A stretch of 64,000 nt of DNA from Octopus vulgaris (taxonomy: Eukaryota), in the NCBI GenBank assembly GCA_951406725.2, contig OX597829.1, positions 45,384,001 through 45,448,000 of the forward strand, written 5' to 3'. The notes beneath the pieces were generated by a model that saw only the letters and a program-made list of their open reading frames with translations, did no database searches and had not been told where the DNA came from. The translations under genes were made by a program, and so were the position numbers. Every line of letters starts with the position of its first letter. Within the stretch, counting starts at the first letter, position 1. Below, one piece after another: positions 27,621 to 40,951 of the stretch.

Positions 27621-28636
27621 GATGATGGGCTTCTATCAGTTTCTGACTACCAAATCCGCTTACAAGGCTTTAGTTTATATGGGGCTTCAGTAAAAGACAG
27701 TTGCCCAAGGTGGAACTGAACCCAAGACCACATGGTTAGGAAGCAAATTTTTTAACCACACACCCATGTCCATGCTTAATAATAATATTTTCTACTAAAG
27801 GCGCAAGGCCTGAAATTAGGGGTTGGGGAGGGGACTAGCCAATGACATTGATCCCAGTGTTTCGTTTAATTTATGGTTCCAGTGTTTCATTAAGTTAGTT
27901 CATCAATCCCAGAAGGATGAAAGGCAAAGTCAACCTCAGTGAAATTTAAACTCAGATCATAGCAATGGACAAGATGCCATTGGTACTGATACAACAATTA
28001 GAAAGCATTTTTTTCTTGGTGATCTCTGACAACTATCCTTGATGCGTTGTGCAATATGATATGCTTGAGAAGACCCGTTGAGTCAAATAAAACCAATATT
28101 GGAGCTGTGGCCAGTGTACCCTGGTTGGCTCCTGTACTGGTGGCATGTAAAAAGCACCCACTACACTCTCGAAGTTGTTGGTGTTAGGAAGGGCATCCAG
28201 CTGTAGAAACTCTGCCAGATCAGATTGGAGCTTGGTGCAGCTGCTGGCTCTCCAGACTTCAGTCAAACCGTTCAACCCATGCCAGCATAGAAAACGGGCG
28301 TTAAACGACGATGATGAGGATGATGATGACAGCAAGGGAAATTTGGTTGCTATTTCTAAGAGGCAGAGCAGTAGAGTGCAAATCAGGGTAGATACTGATT
28401 TTCATGCTCAGGAGCTGTACATACAAATCTGTTTCTGTGTGGTAAAAATATACTCTGCTGCTGGTGATCATCCCCATGTTACCCCTAACTGAGCAGAACT
28501 ATGATCAAAGGCACTCCAATTGTGCCCAACCATCTTTTTTCCAATATGCAGGAACCCAGAATAACTTTATTCAATGAATCCTTTTCTAAGATGGTTGGGG
28601 AGGGCGGTTTGATTTGTATGAGACTTACTTGTTATT

Positions 28637-28790
28637 TCTAGTAGGTCATGTGACACATAAAGGCTCCCTCAATTCACCCATCCATTTGGAATAAGTATGA
28701 AACCAGTTCTTGATCTAGTAGGTCACGTTATACATAAAGGCTCCCTCAATTCACCCATCCATTTGGAATAAGTACGAAACCAGTTCTTGA
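28637..28790. repeat. 77-bp tandem duplication
   Basis: TCTAGTAGGTCA...CCAGTTCTTGA occurs twice (starts 28637 and 28714) with few differences. Confidence 0.9.
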
Positions 28791-28834
28791 TGTTACCTGT
28801 GACAGATTGAAGCTAAGTATTTATCTTTGAGAAC

Positions 28835-29460
28835 CCAAGACCCGGCAAGCCAAGTGAGACCATAATCCGTGGCCTATGCCAGGAGTGTAACCAGCCCACT
28901 TATGCGTACCTTTCACCTTTCCTTCATTGGACACTAAACTCTGCTTGCGAAGACCTGTTGAGGCAAGTGAAATAGTAATCGAAATCAAATTCGATAATTG
29001 GCATCCGTGCTAGTGGAGCGCTAACAGCCCCATCTGAGCGTGATCATTGCCAGAGGAGCTAACTGGCTTCTGTGCCGGTGGCATGTAAAAAGCACCATTC
29101 GAGTATGATCATTACCAGTGTCGCCTTACTGGCACTGGTGCTGGTGGCATGGGAAAAAACATTCAAGCAAGGTCATTGCCAGTGCCACTAGACTAGCTCC
29201 TGTACAGGTGACACGTAAAAACACCATTTGAGCATGGTCACTGCCAGTACCACCTGACTGGCCCTCGTGCTAGTGGCATGTAAAATCACCCACTACACTC
29301 TCAGAGTAGTTGGCATTTGGAAGGGCATCCAGCTGTAGAAACTCTGTCAGATCAGACTGGAGCCTGGTGTGGCCATCTGGTTCGCCAGTCCTCAGTCAAA
29401 TCGTCCAACCCATGCTAGTATGGAAAGCTGACATTAAACGATTATGATGATGATGATTAT
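28835..29460 (+). mobile_element. SINE-like family C with (GAT)n tail, long copy
   Basis: Internal TGGCATGTAAAAAGCACC repeats, GGAAGGGCATCCAGCTGTAGAAAC, and ATTAAACGATTATGATGATG tail. Related copies near 4380, 4935, 9000, 9460, 28060, 37075, 47780, 49805, 57805, 58620 and 59560. Confidence 0.75.
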
Positions 29461-31553
29461 GATAATGAGATATTTGTAGAAAAGTGGTTAAATCAGTTGA
29501 GCATTATATAAAATACTGCGTGGTATTTAGCTATGGACTTTTACATTTTGAATTCAAGGCCTGCTTGATTAGTGTTGATCGTCACTTCGACCCACATCTT
29601 CCCTTGTTATTTCTTCTCTGAGGCCCAGCATCCGAAGATCCTTTCTAAACAATTCGGCCCACATTTTCCTGGGTCTACTCCTTCCACTGGCATATCTCAG
29701 ATGACATTGTTAAATCTTGCGTTTGATTTTTTTGTAAAGAAATTAATGGAAATAATAAATGAACTTCAGTTTCACTTGCTTTATCCAACTTTAAGTCAGC
29801 CTCAGCAAATATATATTTTATTTTATTTTATTTTACTTGTTTCAGTCATTTGACTGCGGCCATGCTGGAGCACCGCCTTTAGTCGAGCAAATCGACCCCG
29901 GGACTTAGTCTTTGTAAGCCCAGTACTTATTCTATCGGTCTCCTTTTACCGAACCGCTAAGTGACGGGGATGTGAACACACCAGCATCGGTTGTCAAGCA
30001 ATGCTAGGGGGACAAACACAGACACATATATATATATACATATATACGACAGGCTTCTTTTAGTTTCCGTCTACCAAATCCACTCACAAGGCATTGGTTG
30101 GCCCGAGCTATAGCAGAAGACACTTGCCCAAGACTGAACCCGGAACCAGGTGGTTGGTTAGCACAATATATATAAGAATAAAAATTAAAGAAACAGCAAA
30201 TAAACAATAGTGTAGGAGGAAAAAATCTAAGAATGTACATGTAAAAATATGTACAAATCCTTTATTAAATCAGATATAAGCTGGTAAATTTTTTTTAATA
30301 TTTTTTGTTTTTTTGTTTTGTGTTATGCATGTCGTTTTTCGAGTTGTCTTGGAATCAGTTACTGACGCAAGTTGAGGCATGACTGCATATGTACTTTTTC
30401 TTTCAAATGTTCCCAGTATTTCAGATAAATAAATTTAACTAAAAATATATAAATAAAAAAGAAAAATTTTATTGCGTAAGTCAAAGGTACGTAATCTAAA
30501 AGCGGCGTTGAAATAAAGTGATTACTTCCCTTGAAATGAGGAAGGGAGGTAATTTCGTTTTGTGTGTGTGTGTGTGTTTGCTTTTAGTAATATACTGAAA
30601 AAAAGAAAAAAAAGAAACAAAACAAAAACAAAAACCCCAAAAGACTTGTTTTAAATTCTGGATGTCGAGCAAACCGTTCTCTTTATTTAGTAGTGGGTAT
30701 CTTCTATTTGTTTCAGATATTAGACTGCAGCCAATCTGGGGGCACTGACTTGAAGAGTTTATTTTTAGCTGAAAGAATCAACCTCTATTTTTTCTTTGTA
30801 AAACCTGTTTTTTTGTTTTGTTGGTCTCTTTGGCGAACTGCTTGATTAAGGAATCATAAACAAACCAACACCAGTTGTCGTACGGTGGGGACACTCACAC
30901 ACACTTATTTAACTTTGGTGATGTAAATAGGAAAATAACACAAAACAACTATATTTTATTAATAATTTCTGCTGGTTATTAAATATAAATAATTGCTTGT
31001 AGTTAATCGACTCAGGTCTATATTAGAAGACACCCAAAATATCACACAATAGGATTGAACCCGGAACTATGTGTTTGGGAAGCAAACTTTTTACTTCTTA
31101 CCACACAGCCACGCCTGGGCCAATGTAGAACTGCCTAATCTTAACTGATCTCTTATTTACTTTTTTTAAAAATAATTATACAGTGTGTGTGTGTGTGTGT
31201 GATTTGACGAAGATGTTATTTTGATTAAATCTAGCCATTATGTAAAGATATACACTTGTTAGGTCACTAACACGCACGCACATACACATAACGCAGCAGG
31301 GGTGATTTTAGAAAGATCAGGCGACCAAGAATAATTGTACTAAGCAGACAATTTAGGCTGAGATTAATCTGGTCTTTAATGCCGACTAGTGAAAGTTACA
31401 AATACGTTTCGATCTTGTTAGTTAATTAATTTTTTAAATTCTATTTAAATATCAACACAATAACTACTGCTGCTGCTACTACTACTACTACTATTACTAC
31501 TACAAATGTTACTACCACCATACTGCTAAAGCTACTACTACCGCCGCCACCAT

Positions 31554-31626
<73 letters not shown>

Positions 31627-31654
31627 GCTACTGCTGCTGCTGCTACTACTACTG

Positions 31655-32118
31655 CACAATGTGTCTCCATCTTTCCTTTAACTTGAAAATACCCTCTTCC
31701 TAGAGGTTGCTTCATGGCAAAGAATTCATCAAGGTATCTTTTTTACGTCATCCAAGGAATTGAAATTTTTACCATTAAGACTATTCTGCAGAGACCTGAA
31801 TAAGTGGAAATCTAAAAGACTAATATCTGGTGAATATGAAGGGTGGGGTAACAGATCCCAGCCGGACTGCAGCAATTTTTGTCTGGTTCCCAAAGCATCA
31901 AGTGCCAAAAATGAACTTTCTTATCTTTTATTTTAAAGGGTTACAGAATTAACACAGGTTATAGGAACATAAACCTTCTTCCACGAAAAGATAGCTTAAA
32001 CTGTGCTCTAAATGGAGGTGTAGTCAAATCTTATTTTATGGACTCAACCATGTTCTAAAATAAGTCGAAAGAGTAAGCTACTATAAATCGGCATGAACTT
32101 TCCAGACAACCCAATACA
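31655..32118 (-). pseudogene. Internally deleted mariner relic
   Basis: - strand gives KLLQSGWDLLPHPSYSPDISLLDFHLFRSLQNSLNGKNFNS. Mariner-like end TATTGGGTTGTCTGGAAAGTTC near 32115. Confidence 0.75.
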
Positions 32119-33559
32119 AGATGACATGATGGTGGAACAATGAAACAGGCGATGCTATGAAAGCAAAAGGACAAACTTACAAAGACTAGTAAAATGGTGG
32201 TAGCAGAGAATTATATCAAGTAACCAGAAGGGGAGCTTGGTGGCAGGTTTACACAGTGAAGGGAGGGGCAGAAAGTAGATTTGCTAATGTTCTACAGCAT
32301 GAGGATAAGAGAGAGGGCTGAAATGTTCTGGATTGCAAAATAAATGCTTGGAAGAATTTTAAAAAGATCCATCCGATTTATGTGGAATGGTTAGGGGGAG
32401 GTGCAGCTTAACTAGAAAAGTCCTTTTTTATCTGACGAGAATATTTGTAACAGAATGGATTTCAGGTAAACATTTGGTGACTGTAAACAAATAATTTGGA
32501 TAGGTTGTTCAGCAAGAAATTATGGAATTGTCTTTTTCAGACTTGGGGGATAACCATTATTATTACAAAGGAGGCAAGCTGGCAGAATTGTTAGCATGCC
32601 AGGCTAACAATTCTTAGCAGTATTTCATCTGCCACTACGTTCTGAGTTCAAATTCCGTCGAGGTCGACTTTTCCTTTCATCCATTCGGGGGTCGATAAAT
32701 TAAGTACCAGTTGAGTACTGGGGTCAATGTAATCGACTTAACCCCTTCCTCCCAAATTTCAGGCCTTGTGCCTATAGTAGAAAGGATTATTCTTGCTTAC
32801 TCATTTACAAGTGGGAAAGCTGGCTGCGGGACATTTAAGAGAGGGATAGGCATGAGTGTGTCACAGCAAGGCCACAGCTGAATTGCTTAAACCACTAAAA
32901 CAAGTAGAAAAAAAAACAAAAAAAAAAATATACAGAAAATAGGGTATCAGAGAAGCGGAGGTGGAAATTCAGGTGCATTGGATAAGTTTGGCTGTCAGTA
33001 ATATTCAGATTATTATTTTAGAACTGTAGAGGTCATGGAAGGAACCACTTCCACAACCTACTCCCATTTTGTAAGAATAATGAAAAGCACAAAACAAAAC
33101 GGAAAACAATGATTTAGAGCAAACATTTTTACTAACATTTTAAGCAATTCGATATCTTGCCAATATCAAATGTCTCAATGCTCTAACATAAATCATATTA
33201 AAATCACTTCATCTCTACTTTTCTCTCTCTCTCTCTTGCTGGTAATTTTACCTCAGTCAGTTACAAAGTACTGTTCGCTTTGTTTTGTTTTTTGTAACAA
33301 TATTTCCATAGTGTTTTTTTTTTCTCTTGGTCCTTTGTGCTGTTGAATGGGAGCAAGTTATTATACTCCCCTTTTGCACAGCGCTTTTGTCATTCCTGTG
33401 CATCTATGCATGGCAGACAACGTCTAGGGTGCACTTGAATGATGTTTGTGCAAAGAAAATTTATTGAGAAGAAGAAAATGGTAAGGATGGTATGACTTAT
33501 GAAATTGTCAGTCATTTAGATATTACAGTGTTTAGTTGGTATCAAACCCAGGGTAGTCT

Positions 33560-34640
33560 TAGAGCATTATGGGATCCTGGACAAATCAGTGAACTGGGCC
33601 CTAGAGTTTTTATTGACAGCATACTTAGGTCAAATTGGGTCCCTAGGTTTATGGGCAACTCACTGCACATGGTCCTTTCATATCTATTTGTTGAGAGCAA
33701 GCCACAGCATATATAGATCAGAATTGGGTCCTTACACTCATGAGGTCCCTGGGCAAATTGCTGCACTGGGCCCCATAGTATCTATTTATTGACAGCAAGC
33801 CACAACTAACATAGATTAGAATTGGGCTTCTAGACCTGTGAGATCCCTAGGTAACACAGTGCACAGGGCCCTAATAGTATTTATTTATTGATAGCATGCC
33901 ACAGCATACACGAATTAGAATTGGGCCCCCTACACTCATGAGGTCCCTATGCAAATCAATGCACTGTACCCATTAATATTTATTTACTGACAGCAAATCA
34001 CTGCATACATAGATCAGCATACCTAGGTCAAATTGGGTCCCTAGGTTTAGGAAGTCCCTGAGCAACCCACTGCACTGGGTCCTTTCATATTTATTTGCTG
34101 ACAGCAAGCCATAGCATATTAGACCAGAATTGGGCCCCTACTCCCATTAGGTCCCTGGGCAAATTGCTGCACTGGGCCCTATAGTATCTATTTATTGACA
34201 GCAAGCCACAACTTACATAAATTAGAATTGGGCTTCTAGACCTGTGAGGTCCCTAGGTAACACACTGCACTGGGCCCTAATAGTATTTATTTATTGACAG
34301 TATGCCACAGCATACAAGAATTAGAATTGGGCCCCTACATTCATGAGGTCCCTGTGCAAATCAATGCACTGTACCCGTTAATATTTATTTATTGACAGCA
34401 AATCACTGCATACATAGATCAGCATACCTAGGTCAAATTGGGTCCCTAGGTTTATGAAGTCCCTGAGCAACCCACTGCACTGGGTCCTTTCATATTTATT
34501 TGCTGACAGCAAGCCATAGCATATTAGACCAGAATTGGGCCCCTACCCTCATGATGTCCCTGGGCACTATAGTATCTATTTATTGACAGCAAGCCACAAC
34601 TTACATAGATTAGAATTGAGCTTCTAGATCTGTGAGGTCC
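33560..34640. repeat. Minisatellite with higher-order structure (~98-bp monomers, ~406-bp 4-mer)
   Basis: The (T/C)TGACAGC anchor recurs at spacings of 78, 98, 99, 99, 111, 97, 99, 98, 111 and 80 nt. Confidence 0.9.
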
Positions 34641-35412
34641 AAAAGTAACTGGTGTGCATACCCTTGTCAAAAGAAGAACATTCTGAGACCCCAACCAACG
34701 CACACCCTGTGACTACACATTGTACACACCCTATGACTACCACCAATACACACACTATACCACACGCTATGAGATTTGTCAGTTATGGATGGCAGGTTAC
34801 AGATACAACACAATCTGGTCAATAATGGCACAGCAAGGGTAGACAACGAATTCTCAAATAATATGATGTAATGTAGGTATATTTGTTCTCGAAAAATAAA
34901 AAAGTTTAAAGAAAGGAAATGGGTGTAGTTGTATTTTGTGTGGTGAAACATCTATAAACTGTTTTGAAATCCAGTTTGGACTAATTTTTATATGGGAACA
35001 CCTCACTAAGTCTTTTCACATATATATGTATATATTACTGTCCCGGTATTTGTCACTCAACTGTGAAGAAACAATAAGATTTTTTTTTTGTTTTATTCTG
35101 TATTTTTGTTTATTTAGTTTATTTATTATCATTATTTTTTTTTTATTTAGCAAAACAATAAATTCTAAATCAGAACAGTAGGAATACAACAATTAAGGTC
35201 AATAGAATAAATAGAATATCTTGTATTTTATATTTAGTGGAATGCTGGTGAGTGGGTGGGTGGGAGCTACGATGAGTAATTATTGCTTAATTGGTAGAAG
35301 CTAACTGGATTTGTAATTTTTTATTTTGATTTATATTCTGTTTTTGTTCCAGTTCTATATTTAAGAGATGAGGAATTATGTACATTATTTACATTTGATG
35401 GATATTTGTCCT

Positions 35413-35454
35413 CATCTGACGAAGGCTGGAGTGTATATCAGCTGAAACGTTGTG
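35413..35454 (+). ncRNA. Minimal hammerhead-like motif, sense to the 7B2 pre-mRNA
   Basis: CAU-CUGACGA-A-GGCUG-(10 nt)-CAGCU-GAAACGUU-GUG with palindromic AACGUU. Embedded in an inverted repeat at 35388-35498. Confidence 0.45.
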
Positions 35455-35974
35455 TTAACAACAAACAAGATGAGGGAAAATACCCGTCAAATAGTAAATC
35501 TGTTTTTGTTGTTATTATTTATAAATCTCCAGGTCAACCCTGGTTGAGCAGGCCTATGATTGAAAGCATTCCAGGTGTCGCCAGCCTGCCGGTTCTTTTT
35601 GATTTGGTAAGGAGCACAGTGTATCTAGGATTACATTATGCAATGTTTCTTTTTTTAAAATTTTTTATTTCGAAGGACAGTAAGATACGTTATGAGGGTA
35701 ATCTGGCTGGTATTTTTAGCAAGTTCAGAGTCCCTACTGAGTAGTCATTTTCAACCTAGCATGGACATTGTAGAGACCACCAAGTAGTTTTCCTCTCAGT
35801 GTGTAATTTAAACACAAATATATATATAAATGTATTTTATGATCTGCAGACAAATTATTATGCATGCTGGCCACTAGTATAAATTAGTATCTTTAACAAT
35901 TTTTTACCCTTATATATTTATTTAAATACATACTTATATATGTATATATTGTTTTTGTTTCTTCATTATTACAG

Positions 35975-36100
35975 GAGGTTCTGGAGAACAGCATTTGACA
36001 CCGCAAGGGAAACAGAAGACTACTAAACAAGAAATAAAGTCTGATAAGGATTTACCAGCTTACTGCAATCCACCGAACCCTTGTCCAAAAGGATACACAG
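35975..36100 (+). CDS. SCG5: 7B2 coding exon 2: proline-rich PC2-activation motif
   Basis: TTACAG acceptor. Encodes (G)GSGEQHLTPQGKQKTTKQEIKSDKDLPAYCNPPNPCPKGYT, including the diagnostic 7B2 PPNPCP motif. Donor CAG|GTGAAT; phase 1 to 1. Confidence 0.96.
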
Positions 36101-37614
36101 GTGAATCCTTTATCTTTAACGCTGACATCATCATTATCATCATCCTTATCATCATCATCATCATCATTGTTGTCAACATCATCACTGCCACCATCATTAT
36201 CATCATTGTCCATAACAACAACAACAATGCCATCATTCTCATTTGTTAAGTAAGTTTTTGTTGTGCTTTAACATTGCTTATTTTGCCACTGTTGTTCAAG
36301 CCATTGCCGTTGGTATTGCTGCCACCATGACCATAATCATCATTGTCATCATCTTCATGGCAGTCATTGTCATTGTCATCATCATCGTCATCGTCGTCCT
36401 CCTCCTTGTCCTCCTCCTCCTTATCCTCCTCTTCCTCCTCTTATCCTCCTCCTCTTCCTCCTCTTATCCTCCTCCTCTTCCTCCTCCCTATCCTCTTCCT
36501 CTTCATCTTCTTCTTCCCTATCCTCTTCCTCCTCTTCCTTTTCCTTCTCCTCCTCTTCCTCCTCCCTATGCTCTTCATCTTCCTCCTCCCTATCCTCCTC
36601 CTCTTCCTCCTCCTCCTTTACTTGTTCTTGGCTTCATTCTCCTCCTCCTCATCATCATTGTCCTCCTCCCCATCCTTAACTTCATCCTCGTTGTTCTCCT
36701 CTTCCTCGTCCTACTCCTTGTCCTTCTCCTCCCTCTCATCATTGTTCTCCTCCTCCCTATCCTCCTCCTCCTTTACTTGTCCTTGGCTTTGTTCTCCTCA
36801 TCATCATCATCATTGTCCTCCTCCCCATCCTTGACTTCATCCTTGTCGTTCTCCTCCTCCACCACCTCCTCCCCGATCATTAACATGAACAACAACAACA
36901 ACAACAACAGCAATAACAAGCCCATCGTTCTCTTTATATTAGATTTTGTGCTTAGTGGGGCAAATTTTGCAACTATTGCTTATCCTCCTTCTCATCATCA
37001 TCAACATCAACATCTCCTTCAATGCCACAGTCACAACATCATCGTCATTATCATCGTCGTCATCATCATCATCATCATTTAAGGTCCGCTTTCCATGTTG
37101 GCATGGGTTGGATGGTTTAACTGTGGACTGGCAAGCCAGAAGGCTGCACCAAGCTCCAATTTGATCTGGCAATGTTTCTATAGCTGGATACCCTTCCTAA
37201 AGCCAACCACTCTAAGAGTGTAGTGGGTACATTTTACGTGCCACTAGCACACAAAATTTTGGCTTGGTCCCTGGTCTAAACAGAACTCCCTCCTTTTGTT
37301 CCACAAGTTTTTGAGACCCTGATAAAAGATAAGGCTCATAAGTTCTTCTCTTCCTCCTTTAACTTCTGTAAAACAACAAAAAAGATTAATAATTCTTTCT
37401 AATTTTGGTACAAGGCCATCAATTTTGAGGGGAGGGGAAGAAAATTACATTGACTCTAGTGCTCAACTGGTACTTATTTTTATTGACTCTGAAAGAGACG
37501 AAAAGTAAAGTTGAGCCTGGTGGTATTTGAACTCAGAACATAAATGGCTGCAAGAAATGTTGCTAAGCCTTTTCTCCAGCACTGCTTGTAGCCTTAATAA
37601 TAATAATGAGGATA

Positions 37615-37667
<53 letters not shown>

Positions 37668-37679
37668 AATAATAATAAA

Positions 37680-38235
37680 TGCCCTGATGCAGTAACAGGC
37701 AGTGGCGCTTGTGGCTTCTGATCTTAACTGATTGGAAGTGTTATCATGTACATTGTTTTGTCTTGGTATAAAAGATGGGCTACAGCAAATATTCTGCTCA
37801 ATACCACAGATTTGCTTGTCAGTTGTTTGACCGTAACTAGTTGAGCATGTCCCTTAGTGGCTGACGATGTGTGCATCTCTGATCATGAGCAGAAGTAGTG
37901 GGGGAGTAGCATAGCCATGTGTTGAGAGGGATTCTTTGGGGTTTGAATAATTCACCTTTGGAAACATGGGTGTTTAGTTCAGCTTCTTTAACCAACCCTT
38001 ATTCAGGGACCTTTTGAGCATGATGGGCTACTTAACCTGAAGAAAATTCTAACTGAGCCCAACCTGCAAGGTCATATGCTGTTTATCTTGATATGAGACC
38101 ACCATATCATGCACATATGGTTGTGATGCATGTGCCTAGTGTACCCTTATCAGACGGGTAGTCATGATGGGTATATTGGGCTTTGTATATTTTACCCCAG
38201 TGTCACTTTGATGGCATGCACTGCCCTCTCACTCA
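37680..38235. mobile_element. Non-coding interspersed repeat (~555 bp) inserted in (AAT)n
   Basis: AAT repeats on both sides. A related fragment occurs at ~58020-58085. Confidence 0.5.
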
Positions 38236-38264
38236 ATAATAATAATGATAATAATAATAATAAT

Positions 38265-40275
38265 GTGGAAACTAATGTCAGGTGCTTTGGCTGGTGAACT
38301 GTATAAACACTTAGAAAAAGGTGGGCTGCTACCTATTGAACAGATAGGGTGTCAAAAGAGGAGCCAGGGAATGAAGGATCAGCTTTTAATTGATAATCTA
38401 ATTAGCAAGAACTGAAAGAGAAGACACACAAACCTTAACATGGCATGGATTGACTATTGTAAAGCATAGGATAGTATACCACACTCATGGATAATAAGAA
38501 CAATAGAAATGTATGGAGTAGCAGAGAATACGAGGAACCCTATAGGGAACAGTATGAAATGTTGGAGAACAGAATTGACAGTAGGGAATCAAATATCTGG
38601 AGAGGTGAAAATCAAAGGAAGAATCTTCCAGCGGGGACAGTATGATCTTTGTGCTGGGAATGATCCCCTTGAGTGAAATATTACAGAAAACAAAGTTGGG
38701 GTATGACCTGGGAAGGGGTAAAGGAAAACTGAACCACTAGCTATTCATGGACAACTTGAAATTATTCATAAAAAAGCGAGGCAGAACTGGACAGCTTAGT
38801 CCAATCCGTACGGATTTTCTCCAATGATATTAAGATGGAGTCTGGGTTCTCAAAATGTGCTACGATGGCATTGAGATGAGGAAAACTTGTCAGGACAGAA
38901 GGCATAAGGTTGCCAAGTGGTGAAATGATGAAGGCAATTCAACCTCAATCCAACTATAGATAGCTGGGAATACCTAAGACAGAAGGAAAATACAACAAGA
39001 GAGTACCTGTGGTGAGAGAGAAAAATATTAGCTTCAATGCCAAATGCCAGAAACATAATTTTGGCAATAAACTTGTGCACAGTCGCAGTAGTTTGGTATG
39101 ACACTGGAATCCTGAAGTGGACAGAGGAGGAGCTAAAGGAAATGGACAGGAAGTCAAGAAAGCTCCTAACGATGCAGGGAGTCCATCATCCACATGCAGA
39201 CACTGATTGCCTATACATGAAGAGAGCAAATGGAGGAAGAGGACTGATAAGTGGGGAAGACTGCATGCGTATCAAACTCGAGAGTTTAATGAGATACCTA
39301 GCCCAAAGTAAGGAAACCTTACTAGTGAAAGTTAGGAATGAGGGAGTACTGAAAGCAGGGAAAAAGGCAAAAACAAAGGAAGAAGTACAAAAAGGACATG
39401 AAGAAGAATTACGCAAGAAGGGAATACACAATCAATTCCATGCAGCCACAACAGAAGTTGCTGGAAAAACCAGGTGGGATTGGCTGATGAAAGGAACCCT
39501 AAAAAAGAGACTGGAGAGCATTATACTGGCAGTGCAAGACCAAGCTTTAGCTTACAAATGAGCAAGTGTCTCCGCTGTGCCACATCTGCATCAGAGTGGA
39601 TAAAACCATTGCCCATATCATGAACGAATGCCCTAGACCTGCCCAAAACTACTAGAAGTTGTGGTGATATGATCAGGCAGCAAAATGGGCTACACTGGAA
39701 ACTGTGCAAAAAGTGGGGGCTAGAGAGAGACAAGACGTGGTATGAGCACAAACCACAGAGTGGTCGAGTTAGAGACTTGCAAAATCGTCTGGGATTTCCC
39801 AATCCAAACAGGTCAGGTGCTAGAGCATAACAGACCAGACTTAGTGGTAGTGGACAAGGTATAGCACATAGTGGACAAGGTGGCGAGCTGGCAGAAACGT
39901 TAGCATGTCGGGTCAAATGCATAGCTGTATTTCGTCTGCCGTTATGTTCTGAGTTCAAATTCCGCCGAGGTCGACTTTGCCTTTCATCCTTTTGGGGTCG
40001 ATAAATTAAGTACCAGTTACGCACAGGGGTCGATATAATTGACTTAATCCGTTTGTCTGTCCTTGTTTGTCCCCTCTGTGTTTAGCCCCTTGTGGGCAGT
40101 AAAGAAATAGGTATAGCACATGTGCTATATAGGTGATGTTGCATGCCCCTTTGACCCAAGAGTAGTCAAAAAAGAAAGCGTAAAGGAGAGATGTATACAA
40201 TCATCTTAAGTACAAACTAACCCAGCCATAGAAAATAATGGTGTAGATAGTGCCAATTATTGTTGGGTCCTTGGC
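38265..40275 (+). pseudogene. 5'-truncated, decayed R4/Dong-like non-LTR retrotransposon (RT, CCHC finger, restriction-like endonuclease)
   Basis: Broken frames give [19 protein letters not shown]...NLNMAWIDYCKA*DSIPHSW (RT), LYMKRANGGRGL, TIAHIMNECP (zinc knuckle) and WDFPIQT...HNRPDLVVVDK...GDVACPFD (RLE). Starts right after an (AAT)n tract. Many stops and frameshifts. Confidence 0.85.
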
Positions 40276-40661
40276 TAATTAATTAATATGACCCCAGTGT
40301 TCTGATTATTTCATTGATCCTGAATGGTTGCAAGGCAATGTTTACCTCAGCGGATTTGAACTCAGAACATAAAAGCAGAAGAAATACCACTAAACATTTT
40401 GTCTGACATCATCATCATCATCATCATCATCATCGTTTAACTTCTGCTTTCCATGCTAGCATGGGTTGGATGATTTCACTGAGGTCTGTTGAACCAGATG
40501 GCTGCACCAGGCTCCAATCTGATCTGCCAGAGTTTTGTGAACAAATAAAGAAACAACAACAACAACAGCAAAATAGACTTATCTTAACCATGTCATTTTT
40601 TTTTTCCGTATATTTTGCCTTTTTTTTTTATCTCATTTGAAATCCATTATTTGTTATTCAG

Positions 40662-40864
40662 AGAGAGATGGCTGTTTGGAAAAATTTGAAAATACTGCTA
40701 ACAACAACCGAAAATATCAAGAGTCTCAGAACTGCCCCTGTGATGCTGATCACATGTTCACCTGCCCCGCTGGCAGTAAAGTGATCAATACCAAAAGTCG
40801 AAAGGCTACTGCTAGTATTGGATCTGGTGTTGCACATGCTCTTGGAGATCAAGAAAGCAATGAG
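40662..40864 (+). CDS. SCG5: 7B2 coding exon 3
   Basis: TTCAG acceptor. Encodes (E)RDGCLEKFENTANNNRKYQESQNCPCDADHMFTCPAGSKVINTKSRKATASIGSGVAHALGDQESNE, matching the 7B2 DGCLE..NTA...YQ..Q.C.CD.EHMF.CP motif. Donor GAG|GTAAGT, phase 0. Confidence 0.95.
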
Positions 40865-40951
40865 GTAAGTTGAATGGTTTAAATATTTGTCAAGAAAAGA
40901 AAAAAAATGTTGGATTTGTTTTACATTCCTTTTTGTTTTTTTTTTCTTCTC

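Noticed and set aside
26357-27719. Six overlapping long ORFs (343-422 aa) rich in His/Thr/Cys/Met
   Set aside because: Open in all frames only because the (CA)nTGCATG repeat lacks stop codons; intronic and not protein-like.
33560-34640. CRISPR-like periodicity
   Set aside because: No unique spacers; the whole unit repeats, there are no cas genes, and the context is a eukaryotic intron.
36243-37082. 279-aa hydrophobic/proline-rich ORF
   Set aside because: Translation of (TCA)n/(TCC)n low-complexity intron sequence after the donor at 36101.
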